NCBI RefSeq assembly: GCF_006345805.1
Contig: NC_043010.1
Location: 61,070,001 to 61,134,000 of the forward strand
Length of the DNA: 64,000 nucleotides
Source: Octopus sinensis
Taxonomy: Eukaryota
Direction of reading: 5' to 3'
Part shown: positions 26,294 to 39,348 of the stretch, one piece after another
Position numbering within the stretch: position 1 is the first letter of the stretch
Layout of the letters: each line of letters begins with the position of its first letter
Notes under the pieces: generated by a model
The model's database searches: none
What the model was told of the DNA's origin: nothing
Seen by the model: only the letters and a program-made list of their open reading frames with translations
Program-made: the position numbers and the translations under genes

Positions 26294-26501
26294 GTATGCT
26301 TCTGTGTGTGTGTGTATAAGCACACACATCAGTCACCTGACTGACCATTTTGATTGATTCTAAAATTTCTGTTAGTCATTCGAACTGTTAATCTGATGAA
26401 CCCTTTTTCACTTTCCATCTCTTGGACCTATTGTCTCTTGGGATGTATTTTTCTTCTCATTAGATTCCTATTTCCTGTCCCACTTCCACCACTATTATTA
26501 A

Positions 26502-26539
<38 letters not shown>

Positions 26540-26540
<1 letters not shown>

Positions 26541-26990
26541 TATATATAATAAAACAGTCTGTCTGTATGTGTGCATCACTACACTCAAGAACTACCCGAC
26601 CGGTTTCATTCAAATTTTACACATGTATTACTTAGGGACAATGGAGCGTCATAGGCCAAAAACATTTTCAACTTCTTGCCAATCTTGCTTAATGTGAGCC
26701 CAAAGCAATCTCTTATGCTGTATCATGTGTATTGTAATCTATATATATAAAACTGAGAATGTGTATCTGTCTGTCTGTGTGTCTATATGTGTGCATCACA
26801 AAAATTCAAGAATTACGCATCTGATTTCATTCAAATTTTACACATGCCTTACTTAGGGTTCATGCAGTGTCATGGGCCAAAACAATTTTCAACATCTTGC
26901 CTGATGCAAGACTGGATAAATCTCTTATCTCTTACACAATTTCAGTATTAAGTGTCAAAAGTGAAACAATAATATCTCTATTATAATCTA
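26540..26990 (+). mobile_element. Two tandem 5' fragments of a non-autonomous Helitron-like element
   Basis: ATCTATATATATAAAA..TGTCTGTCTGT..TTTCATTCAAATTTTACACATG.....TTACTTAGGG repeated at about 26540 and 26738. Similar start to the elements at 37354 and 43419. Confidence 0.5.
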
Positions 26991-27165
26991 AGATAATTTC
27001 AGTTTTAATACTGAAAGTATTAAAAGTGAAACTATTATCTCACATATTATCATGCATATATATATATATATATATATATATGTAGGTCCCGGTTGATTCG
27101 GGGTTAACCACAGTAAATAAGGTACTCAATACATAGCAGAGTAAAATTAATTTATTATATAGAAG

Positions 27166-27215
27166 GCTTCTACAGGACTAGAACTGTTTCATTCAAGAGA
27201 AATCTTCAGGAAGCT
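27166..27215 (-). ncRNA. Type I hammerhead ribozyme candidate (left palindrome tip)
   Basis: Minus strand GCUUC-CUGAAGA-U-UUC(UCUU)GAA-U-GAAA-CAG(UUCUAGUC)CUG-UA|GAAGC. Confidence 0.6.
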
Positions 27216-28388
27216 AGTTAACAAGAATTGTATTGGCATTTATACATTTAGGCAGTTTAAAGGGGTGTTGGTGGGGGACTTTTTGGGGGTAGGCATAGCG
27301 CAAAAAATCATACTGTGGGGAGTGGTCAAGGAGTCAGTGTTAAATTAGATAGGAGAATAAATAAAAAATAAAAAAAAAAAATAAAAAATAAAAAATAAAA
27401 ATAAAAATTAAAATATAAAAAAATAAAAATAAAAAATAAAAAATAGAAATAGAAAATAAAAAAATATAAAAAATATATAAAAAAATAAAAAATAAAAATA
27501 AAAATAAAAAATATATATATGTATTATATATATGTATAAAGGGGGGAATAGAGTTTTAGGTAAATAAGGAGATTCTCACTTATACCTCTACACACATCAC
27601 ACATATATATACAATCACACATACATATACATATCTCTACACATACACATATATATGTCTACATACACACACTCACTTGCATACACGTATACACACATGT
27701 ATATACACACACGACCATACATACATATACACACAGAAAAAATTATTATACACATACACACACATCTACTCACATACACGCATACACACACAAATCCATA
27801 CACACACATGCACACAACAGCACACTAGTCCCTATATACACATATATACACATACACACATATATACACCCACACATACACATACATACACATATATATA
27901 CATACATACACATACATATACACATATATATACATACACATATAATATATATACAACATATATATACATATGTGTACCCATGCATACCTACCACATACAC
28001 ACATATATATATACATATACAAATACAGACCCATTCCCTAATTTTAATTTTATTATCTTCGTTTATTACTTTTGTTATCTTTGGCCGCTTGGTCACAAAC
28101 ATTTGGCTATGACAGCCAGACCATTTATCCGGCTACTGGAAAACAATTACTCTTCACTCACGCACACTCTTTAGCACGTACACTCACTCATTCGTACACT
28201 CATACGCATACACACGCACGCACGCGTTATATTCATACATACATACATCTACATACATTCACGTATATACACATACGTACGCGTACCTACAGATTCATGT
28301 CTACACTCTTAGAAGGCTAGTCTATACATATACACCAATAAATATAAATACACACACATACATGTACACCTACATACAAATACATACA

Positions 28389-28432
<44 letters not shown>

Positions 28433-28554
28433 CGCGTACCTACAGATTCATGTCTACACTCTTAGAAGGCTAGTCTATACATATACACCCATAAATATAA
28501 ATACACACACATACATACATGTACACCTACATACAAATACATACATGTACACAT

Positions 28555-28591
<37 letters not shown>

Positions 28592-28704
28592 TATACACAT
28601 ATATACATACATATATTCATACCAACATGCATACTCAAAATATATATATATTTACTATTTACTTATTTTTTGAGTATGCATGTTAGTATGAATATATATA
28701 TGTA

Positions 28705-28745
<41 letters not shown>

Positions 28746-30047
28746 ATGTGTACATGTATGTATTTGTATGTAGGTGTACATGTATGTATGTGTGTGTATT
28801 ATATTTATGGGTGTATATGTATAGACTAGCCTTCTAAGAGTGTAGACATGAATCTGTAGGTACGCGTATATATATATATATAATATATATATGTACATGT
28901 ATGTATTTGTATGTAGGTGTACATGTATGTGTGTGTATTTATATTTTTGGTGTATATGTATAGACTAGCCTTCTAAGAGTGTAGACATGAATCTGTAGGT
29001 ACGCGTACGTATGTGTATATACGTGAATGTATGTAGATGTATGTATGTATGAATATAACGCGTGCGTGCGTGTATGCGTATGAGTGTACGAATGAGTGAG
29101 TGTACGTGCTAAAGAGTGTGCGTGAGTGAATGAGTAATTGTTTTCCAGTAGACGGATAAATGGTCTGGCTGTCATAGCCAAGATGTTTGTGACCAAGCGG
29201 GCCAAAGATAACAAAAGTAATAAACGAAGATAATAAAATTAAAATTAGGGAATGGGTCTGTATTTGTATATGTATATATATATGTGTGTATGTGTAGGTA
29301 TGCATGGGTACACATATGTATATATATGTGTATATATATATATATGTGTATGTATATAATGTGTATAGTATGTGTATGTATGTATATATATGTGTATGTA
29401 TGTGTATGTGTGGGTGTATATATATGTGTGTATGTGTATATATGTGTATATAGGGACTAGTGTGCTGTGTGTGCATGTGTGTGTATGGATTTGTGTGTGT
29501 ATGCGTGTATGAGTAGATGTGTGTGTATGTGTATATATATATTTTCTGTGTGTATATGTATGTGTGGTCGTGTGGTATATATACATGTGTGTATACATGT
29601 ATGCAAGTGAGTGTGTGTATGTATACATATATATGTGTATGTGTAGATATGTATATGTATGTGTGATTGTATATATATGTGTGTATGTGTAGAGGTATAA
29701 GTGAGAATCTCCTTATTTACCTAAAACTCTATTCCCCCCCTTTATACATATATATATATATATTTTTTTTTTATTTTTATTTTTATTTTATTTTTTATTT
29801 TTTAATATATTTTTTATATTTTTTATTTTTCTTTTTCTATTTTTTATTTTTTATTTTTATTTTTTTACATTTTTTTATATTTTTTATTTTTTATTTTTTA
29901 TTTATTCTCCTATCTAATTTAACACTGACTCCTTGACCACTCCCCCAAGTATGATTTTTTGCGCTATGCCTACCCCCAAAAAGTCCCCCACCAACACCCC
30001 TTTAAACCTGCCTAAATGTATAAATGCCAATACAATTCTTGTTAACT

Positions 30048-30098
30048 AGCTTCCTGAAGATTTCTCTTGAATGAAACAGTTCTAGTCCTGTAGAAGCT
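30048..30098 (+). ncRNA. Type I hammerhead ribozyme candidate (right palindrome tip)
   Basis: AGCUUC-CUGAAGA-U-UUC(UCUU)GAA-U-GAAA-CAG(UUCUAGUC)CUG-UA|GAAGCU: 6-bp helix I, 4-bp helix III, GUA triplet. A U-U mismatch closes helix II. Confidence 0.65.
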
Positions 30099-30109
30099 CC
30101 TTCTATATA

Positions 30110-30156
<47 letters not shown>

Positions 30157-30924
30157 TGTATATATGTACTTACATTTGCACATATGTATATTATATATAT
30201 ATAAAATACAAAATGGGACAAGAAAGCAAAACATCCGGACGACTAGGTGATACAAAAAGGGACAACAAAACATCCAGATAGACGATACAAAAAAACAAGG
30301 ACGGGTCATTCGAAGCCTTTTATCTTCAGTCAAGAACCGGGTCATCCTTGCAATTTCGGCTGATTAATCTTGAGATTACTCCAATCTGGCCAGCCCCAAG
30401 GAAAAACTAAGCTAAGAGCATTAGATTCCTTGGAAAAAAGCATTGAATGTATACGAAACAAGGACGGAAAAACAGACGATGTTACACGAATATAAATACA
30501 AGAATACAATAAAAATAACAATAATAATAACAGGACATATATATATAAAACAAAAAGAGTGAAAAAACTACAGCAGGCTTGTGTTATATGGTTAAAGAAT
30601 ATATTTAAGTCGTTATGTTAGAAAAATGTTAGAAAATTTTGCATATAGTAACATAGTTTTTGGAGAAATAACTGGTTTCGTATTTTTTTTTCAAATTTCT
30701 CAAATTTCTTTATTTATATTGTGTCATGTCTTCGCTATGTTGTGGAATATGGAGTTCCAGGCAAGGGAAGGTAATCAAGGATTTTTTCTGGTATAAGGGA
30801 GATAATCAAACATGTTGGGAATGACTAATTAAACATGATTTGGTTTAGAAGGAATAGAATGTTACAAGTGGTTAGGTTTTGCTTTATATTTTTTCAATGA
30901 GGTGAGTTTCCTTATTTAAAAATA

Positions 30925-31287
30925 TTAGAAATGGTTAAGTTTTGGCTTATATTTTTCAATGAAGAAGGTTTCCTTATTTAATCTAACTTGTGTTGGTGTT
31001 CCAATGGCACATTGATAGAATGGAAAGATTATAAATTGTGATAGTAATTGCTTTGCGCATTTCTCAATATGTTCACTAAAGGGTATCATTCTGTATTCTG
31101 GGAATGCAATCTGCTGTCGATGCAGAGTGCATCTGCGTCTGAGTGATAATCCTGTGGATCCTATGTAGTTTTGGTGGCAGTCAGAGCATCTTATGACATA
31201 AATCAGGTTTTCTGAAGCACAAGTAAAATTATATTTGATTCTATGCAGATTCATTAAACGCAAGGGCACCATCATCCATGCAAACAC
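30925..31287 (-). mobile_element. Penelope-like element GIY-YIG endonuclease fragment (5'-truncated; 3' non-coding part runs to ~30200)
   Basis: FTCASENLIYVIRCSDCHQNYIGSTGLSLRRRCTLH...SEH...KETFFIEKYKPKLN: GIY/YIG motifs with an intervening CxxC, downstream His pair, and conserved R, E and N, typical of the PLE endonuclease. Confidence 0.88.
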
Positions 31288-31459
31288 ATTTCTCTCCTAT
31301 GACCTCATGGTTTTCTCTCACACTCTATTTTTGCAATCCGAAATACTTCAGTTCTCTGGTCCTCACATCGATGAACATTGACAAACTTCTTCTTTACTGC
31401 TACTCCCTTGGCTATATATACCTGTCTCTTAGCTTCCCTTTTGGCTATCTGATACATTC

Positions 31460-32030
31460 TCCTCCTACTCCCACTCTTCCAAGCATTCCAGGCCTGTATC
31501 TTTGCTCTAATGTTCCTGTCTACAGTGTTGTTCCATCACCAAGTTACACTAGGTTTGGAAGGGACTTTGCAACAGCCAAAGATTTGGTCTGTGGCACTCA
31601 GCAAGCTGCCTCACAGGAATTCCCAGCTGCCTTCTGTCACAGGACTGTAGCTCCTCCTCCCTATCATCAAATTTCTTGGTAAGGACATCCCTAAATCTCT
31701 GACCATGTGAAGGGTTCCTAAGCTTCCAAGTCATTCTTTTCCAGATTGGCATCCTTCTGACCTCAAGTCTAAAGTCACTAATAACTAGTCTATGTTGTGG
31801 GGTACATTCTTCACCAGGGAGGGTCTTTGTATTTAAGAGCAACTATGCATCCCGCTGTCTGGTGAGAATGAAATTGATCTGGCTAGCAGAGTCACCTGAT
31901 TGATTGGCTATCAGATGGCTAGCTGGCTTCCTGAAGTTGGTGTTGCAGATCAATAGGTTATCTGCATCACAGAAATACAGGAGCCTAGTTCCCTGTTCAT
32001 TTCTAGTACCAACTCCATGGCCCCCATGTA
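31460..32030 (-). mobile_element. RTE-clade LINE fragment (AP endonuclease end and linker)
   Basis: SQINFILTR..., then KTLPGEECTPQHRLVISDFRL and TWKLR, in broken frames. Confidence 0.75.
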
Positions 32031-32820
32031 TACCATGGAAGATATATATATGTGTGTGTGTTTATGTCCCTGTAACTTAGTGGTTTGGCAAAAGAGACCA
32101 ATAGAATAAGTACTGGACTTATAAAGAATAAATCCTGGGGTCAATTTGTTCGACTAAAGATGGTGCTCCATCATGGCCACAATCACATGACTGAAACAAG
32201 TAAAACAATAAAAAAACTATGCCATTTTAATCCCAAGCAACACCAGGTGTCTCTACTAGTATTAAAATAAATTGACAGAACTCCACGAAACATTTTGAAA
32301 ATAAATAATTCCACTGCAAAACAATTATATAATAATAATAATAATAATGAAATTATTGTATACAGTGCTCAGGTGCACCACAACTTGTCAGAAAGTGCGT
32401 ATAGAGTATATGCAGTAATGTACAAATGTCTGGAAAGCAAACAATGCATGAGTCAGATACATGCTTATGTGTGTATAAAGGGGAGAAAATCAGATGTAGT
32501 GTTGGCGAATCTCAGGAAGCATGGAAGTTTTGAAAGATGCAGTGCTCCGACAACTAACAACTATTCAATATTCAACTAACAATTATTCAATATAATTTTC
32601 ATTAAAGCTAAGATTTTAGATATATCTTAGTCAAGCTGGTATTGAAACAGTGGCAAATATCCCCATTCACTTGGAACGGGAGTAAGACAACCCTAAAAAT
32701 TTATTTTCCACCACCAAAAAGATCAAATACCATTCCTTCTCTTTGAACTTAGAATTTTCAAAAAGTCTTGTGTGTCTGTAAAACTTATTGTGATGTTAAT
32801 AATAATGATTTCTTTTATAA

Positions 32821-33111
32821 CAGTAGTTCCCAAACTTTTTCAGGCTGCCACCCTCTTGGCACCCAGGCCTCATTCCTAGCACCCCTCCCCCTCCCCACCA
32901 CAAATATAGACCACTTTCTGCAGCAAATTCAAAACCACTGTATTTCACAAATAAAACTTAAACCTAATTAACCCATTAATATATTTTCTTTTACATTTAT
33001 CACCCCATTTTGGCCACCCCATTATCATCCCACTTTTCATCAACGACCCCACCCCCACGGATCTTTCCACCGCTCCCAAGGAGGCAGTACTGGCCACTTT
33101 GGAAATCACTG
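32821..33111. mobile_element. hAT-family MITE
   Basis: TIRs CAGTAGTTCCCAAAC / CTTTGGAAATCACTG and an exact 8-bp TSD TTTTATAA (32813-32820 and 33112-33119). Confidence 0.85.
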
Positions 33112-33342
33112 TTTTATAATAAGAATAACAATCCTTTCTACTTTAGGTACTAGGCCTGAAATTAAGGAGTAGAGGCTTAGTTGATTACATCAACCCCAGT
33201 ACTTAATTGGTAATTGTAAACCCCAAAAGGATAAAAGGCATAGTTGACCTCGGCAGTATTTGAACTCCAGATATAAAGATGAAAGAAACGTCACTACACA
33301 CCCCGTCTGGCTTGCTGACAACTCAGTCAACTTGCTGCCTTA

Positions 33343-33376
<34 letters not shown>

Positions 33377-33426
33377 TCATAATAATAATAATAATAATAA
33401 TGATCATAATAATAATAATAATAATA

Positions 33427-33688
33427 ATGGCAGAAATTCAAAAGATAGTGCTCATGGGAACTGCTCATATCCTACGCAAAATACTTTCTATGTAACCTCA
33501 AGTTTTAAAACAAACATAACTTTCATTTTATTTTTTAGGCATTCACTAGTACAACACTAAATACAAAACCAAATATATGGCACACTAGGCATAACAACAA
33601 TACGAACTTGCAACCTGTTGCCTCTTGAGGTCTCTGGGTGAGACTTGGAGCCAACTTGTACAAAGGTAAAGCAAAAGTCAAACATAGA
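33427..33688 (+). mobile_element. 3' end of an R4/Dong-like non-LTR retrotransposon inside an (AAT)n tract
   Basis: Encodes AEIQKIVLMGTAHILRKILSM*, the typical end of an RLE-type ORF. Flanked by (AAT)n on both sides. Confidence 0.65.
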
Positions 33689-35232
33689 ATAATAATAATA
33701 ATAATAATAATCCCTTTCACTATAGACACAAGGCCTGAGATTTTGGGGAAAGGGGCAAGTTGACTGCATCGAACCCCCAGCAATCAACTGGTATTTATTT
33801 TATTGATCCTGAAAGGATGAAAAAGATAAAGCCAACCTCAGCAGAATTTGAACTCAGAACGAAAAGACAAATGAAATGCTGAAAAGCATTTTGCCCAGCA
33901 AGATGACGATTCTGCCAGTTCACTGCCATGATGATGATGATGATGATGAGGAGGAGGAGGAGGAGGAGGGGGAGGAGGAGAAAAAGAAGAAAAAAAAGAA
34001 GAAGAAAAAGTAGTAGTAGTAGTAGTAGCAGCAGCAGCAGCAACAGCAGCAGTAGTGGAAGGAAGTCAGAAGAAGAGGGTTATGTAGACCCCACCATCTT
34101 ATTGACAGAATGAAATAGAGTGGGATGAGAAGATGGAGAGGAAGATAAAGAGGGACAGGAAGGGGTTCAGATGTGTGTGTGTGTGTGTGTGTGTGCCTGC
34201 ATGTGTGTGTGCATGTTTGTCTCCTACCACTGCTTGACAACTGGTGTCGGTTTGTTTACATCTCATAGCTTAGCAGTTTGGTAAAAACAGACTGATACAA
34301 TAAGTAACAGACTTTTAAAAAAAAAATGTACAGGGGTCAATTTGGCTAAACCCGTCAAGGTGGTGCCCCGGCAAGGCTGCAGTCTAATGACTGATATAAG
34401 TAAAAGATAAAGACACACAGACACACACACAACGCCATTTGTTTCTTATACACATATACAAAATACATACTGACACATACTGACATTGGATCACACACAC
34501 ATATACATGAACACACACACACACACATATCCTGAAATCCACATCACAACAGAACAATCTCAGCAACATACCATGAGACCTATAGTTAAAGGATGGTGAT
34601 CATCCCATTCCTATCACTGTTCCACATACCCCCCACCCCCACTCCTAATCCTAATCCGTTTCCATGCCAACCACTTGTCATTTGGTAAAAACCAGGAACC
34701 CACAAAAAACATTCAGACGCAACCTGAACCACACACACATTGTTCCTGTTTGATAGTTGACCAACTAAACTTCCAGCTCATTGTTAATGGCAATAAACAG
34801 TGACACACAACACAGTTGGCACCAAACCTCCCCACACGCACACACACACAAATAAATACACACACACACATCTAGATATACACACACACATTAATAGATA
34901 TATGCACGCAAACATATATACATACATATACAGACATACACACATGTATGCCCATATACACATATGCACACACACACACACACACATCTATATAAGAGAA
35001 AAGTGGCATATATAGCATTACATTTATTCCATGGTTTACAATTGTTTCATCAACTTCCAGGTGACCCCTCAAGCATGCTGTCAACAAACACTGATGTCTA
35101 TGGATGATAACAATGATATAGTTATACACATTATGTAATGTATATTAATCCCAGCAGTTATTTAATCACAACTGAGCAGAGAACTATATGGTTAGGAAGC
35201 AAACTTCTTATCACATTGTCATCTCACTGCCA

Positions 35233-35272
<40 letters not shown>

Positions 35273-35276
<4 letters not shown>

Positions 35277-35750
35277 TCATCGTTTAACGTCTGCTTTCCA
35301 TGCTAGCATGGGTTAGACGATTTGACTGAGGACTGACGAACCAGATGGCTGCACCAGGCTCCAATCTTGATCTGGCAGTTTCAACAGCTGGATGCCCTTC
35401 TTAACACCAACCACTCTGAGAGTGTAGTGGGTGCTTTTACATGCCACTGGCATGAGGGCCAGTCAGGCAGTACTGGCAACGACCACGCTCAAATGGTGTT
35501 TTTTACGTGCCACCTGCACAGGAGCCAGTCCAGCGGCACTGGCAACAACCTCGCTTGAATGTTTCTTCACGTGCAACCAGCACAAGTGCCAGTAAGGTCA
35601 CGCTGGTAACGGTCACGCTCAAATGATGCTGTTTACGTGCTACCAGCACGGAAGCCAGTTAGCCATTCTGGCAACAATCATGCTTGGATGGTGCTCTTAG
35701 CGCTCCACTAGCACGGATGCGAGTCATCGAATTTGATTTTGATTTCACTT
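35273..35750 (-). mobile_element. SINE with RTE-like 3' tail
   Basis: Reverse copy of the family with internal TTTACGTGCCACC..GCAC repeats. Confidence 0.75.
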
Positions 35751-36703
35751 GCCTCAACAGGTCTTCACAAGCAGAGTTTAGTGTCCAATATATATAATTA
35801 TAACAATAATTAAGGGTTTAGCAACAAGTTGCTTCACCAAATACCGAAAATTTAGAAATAGCAGCCAAAAGACCACTATTTCTTTTTCCTACAAAATATG
35901 TCTCCACAGATAACAATATTTGTAACTCACATAGGTTAAAAGAAGAAAAATAATGAAATCAAACAGTCTTCGATTACTTTTTCGATTATACCTTTTGTAT
36001 AAGTTTTTACCGAAAATGGTTCTTTTCCAAACTGAAACTACATGGTAAAATTTGTTAATTTATTAAATTAATAATTTTTTGCCCTATATCTATAATGATT
36101 ATATATATATATACACACACACACACATACAATCAATGGAAAATTTCATTATCGTCATTTGTTTCTCTGCAATTACACCAAAGTTTTATTGATTGGTAGT
36201 GATGTTTATACCCAGATCATCCCTGTCCCTGTGGATTTAGGATTAAAATGCCCAGTCCATGACCAAGTCATTATTACTTTTCTGGTGTCACAAATTCTGA
36301 TGTGACATTTTACATTGTGTCCTAAAATTGAGATAGACACACAGACAGACATATGGAACGATATACACGTATACATAGTGAAATTAAGGAAGATCAGGAG
36401 AATGGAGATTTTCACATCCATTTTTCATTATGAAGTTATTAACATTGTTCCTTGTTAAAATATGGATGTGAAAATCTCCATTCTCCTAATCTTCATTGAT
36501 TTCACTATTTTTTTCTGCAGAAAAAATGCAGTCCCTAAAAGAACATTCAGATTTACTAAGCAAGGATTTACTACCAAGTTTAGTAAACGGTCATTAATTT
36601 GAGTTTCACCAACATTTGCTGGGGCTAGCCGGCATTGAGAACCAATCTAAGAGTTAACACAGTAGCCGCCAGGATTAATATTCTCTTGAAACCATTTTTG
36701 GAA

Positions 36704-36761
<58 letters not shown>

Positions 36762-36781
36762 AATATATATATATTGTAAGA

Positions 36782-37354
36782 CTAGCAAACACACCAGTCC
36801 TTTAGACAGTTTAACATATAAATAAATAATAAATTTTTTAAATGTGAAAACTAAGAAATATTCTGTAATGCAAATATACAACCAGATGGATTTTAAAAAG
36901 TATGGGAAACAGTTGAAATAGACAAAATCCCTTCACTTTTATAATATTCTCTAAGCAAAACCCTCAAACAATATACACCAATACACATATAAAAAATATA
37001 CAGAAAGTAATAATACGTAATTACAACATATAAATAATAAATTTTTAAAATGTGAAAACCACTAAAAAATATTCTCTAATATCAATATATGATCATAAAG
37101 ATTTAAAAAGTATGGAAGACCTAACATACAGTAAAACTATGTACATACAATAAATGAGAGAAAAACCCATGTAAATCACTGTTTTTTCCGGTTTGTCTGT
37201 TTACACGGGAGCTCTGGGCAAAATGTTATAATGCATGACCATCCTTGGCACATAAGTAATTCATGTGTAAAGTTTGGTGAAAATTGGTTGAGAAATGTGG
37301 AAATGTATGAGCTAGTCAATATCCACACACATACTGTGATTTTTATATACTAGA
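36782..37354 (-). mobile_element. Non-autonomous Helitron-like element
   Basis: On minus it begins A|TC (37354) and ends CTAG|T (36782). It carries an internal ~200-bp partial tandem duplication. Confidence 0.6.
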
Positions 37355-38951
37355 TAACAGGATAAAGCCATTAGTAAGAGAGGTTAGGAATGGTAAAGGA
37401 GAAAGATGAAATTAAATAAGATAAACTAAAAAACAAGATAAATTACAATCAAAAGTAGCAGAGTAGAAGGAAGTAAGTGGAGGAGGTTTAGTTTTTCTGT
37501 AATAGCTTTATGGATATAAAAGTTTTAAAGGACCATGGATGTAAGTGATTAAGGATCTATGGATATAAAAATAGATAGAAATATTCGAAGGTGATCTTGC
37601 TGAAAATGTTGACTTTGAAAATGTCCTCGACCTCTGGTACAAAACAAAAGTGGCAAAGTATTTTAAACAAAATCAAGTGAAATGAAATAAATTAACATCT
37701 TACAAAAAACAAAATCATTTTCAAATAACAAGAGATCTCTGTCCAAAATGTTTTTTACTCAGTTTTCACAAAATAACATTTACATATTTTTGGTACTTTT
37801 TCTTTCACACATAAAACAGATTGTATTATAGTTGTCCATGAGAAATCTATAACAGTCTCCCATGACATTACAGTATTTGATGGTTGTAAATAAAACTATA
37901 AAATATATTGGTTTCACATTTTGGCACAAAGCCAGCAATTTTGAAGAAGGGACTAAGTCAATTACTTTGACCTCAGTGTCTGACTGGTACTTGTTTTATT
38001 GACCTCGAAAGGAAGAAAGGCAAAGGTGACCCAGGCAGAATTTGAAATTAGGACATAAAAATGGATGAAATGTCATTAAACATTTTGTCCGGCATTTTAA
38101 TGATTCTGCCAGCTCTCTGCCTTGCAAAACTGCAAAATATATTAACAATAAAACTTACATCTGAAAAATAAAGCAAAAAAAAAAAAAAAAGGCTGCCTCT
38201 ACAAGATATTTGAATGTCATGCCATACCACTTTAATAAGTTATTTTGGCAAAGATTTGGCTTAGCATCTCACAAACAGCTTCACTGGTGTTATTTGAGAT
38301 TTATTTTCGCTGTAATAACATGGTAATTTATTTCATTTAACTCCGTTTCAACGCATTATGTTGCTATTGTTTTGCACAAGAAATCAAGGATATTTTAAAA
38401 ACAAACAAATGGAGCAATTTACCTTGTATTCATTTATTTTCACGTCTGTTTTTTCCATGCTAGCATGGGTTAAAGGAATAGATTACTGAAGCATTATCTG
38501 ACAACTGGATGCCCCTCCTGTCCCTATTCCTAAACTGTTTTTCAAATAAGGATTATTTCACTCCACACCCTGATATGCCTTGAGGCATAGTTGAGTGATT
38601 TTCAAATAATTACAATAAACAGATGCACATGAATAATGGGCTTCGTTTAGTTTTCATCAAACAAATCCACTCACAAGACTTTAATTGGCATCAAGTCATA
38701 GCAGAAGACACTGACTCAAAGTGCCATTCAGTGTGGTTAAGAAGTTTGTTTCTCAACCATGGGGTTTCAAGTTCAATCCCAATGCACATCATCTGGTCGT
38801 CTTCAACTATTTCTACAGATAAAAACTGAAAGGAGCCTGTTGCATGTGTATGTGTGGGCCCTTTTTTTTTTGTTTTGATATCACATGATAGTTATAAATG
38901 AGCATCATCAGTATACAAGTGGTATCCATTCCATGAAAGCGTGTCCAACAC

Positions 38952-39348
38952 GGCGCAGGAATGGCTGTGTGGTAAGTAGCTTGCTTACCAACCACATGGT
39001 TCCAGGTTCAGTCTCACCGCGTGGCACCTTGGGCAAATGCCTTCTACTATAGCCTCGGACCAAAGCCTTGTGAGTGGATTTGGTACATGGAAACTGAAAG
39101 AAGCCTATTGTATATATGTATATATATATGTGTGTGTGTTCGTGTGTCTATTCCCCCAACATCGTTTGACAACCAATGCTGGTGTGTTTACATCCCCGTA
39201 ACTTAGTGGTTTGGCAAAAGAGACTGATAGAATAAGTACTAGGCTTACAAAGAATAAGTCCTGGGGTCGATTTGCTCGACTAAAGGCGGTGCTCCAGTAT
39301 GGCTGCAGTCAAATGACTGAAACAAGTAAAAGAGTAAAAAAGTAACCG
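38952..39348 (+). mobile_element. tRNA-derived SINE (second family)
   Basis: tRNA-like head GGCTGTGTGGTAAG..GGTTCAGTC, GGCACCTTGGGCAA body, tail GACTGAAACAAGTAAAAGAGTAA shared with ~32070-32210 and ~34230-34410. Confidence 0.7.

Larger units (their letters stand above)
27150..30115. repeat. ~3 kb palindrome (arms ~1.45-1.5 kb, 27-nt spacer at 28641-28667)
   Basis: Unique blocks pair in reverse complement (27150-27360 with 29900-30115; 27540-27600 with 29690-29740; 28025-28350 with 28920-29265; 28615-28640 with 28668-28693). Differences are mostly single-base indels. Confidence 0.95.

Noticed and set aside
30295-30345. Hammerhead-like CUGAAGA...CUUCGAAU on minus, downstream of the GIY-YIG ORF
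   Set aside because: GAAU replaces GAAA, and there is no convincing helix II or helix I. It may be a decayed or divergent motif but cannot be supported.
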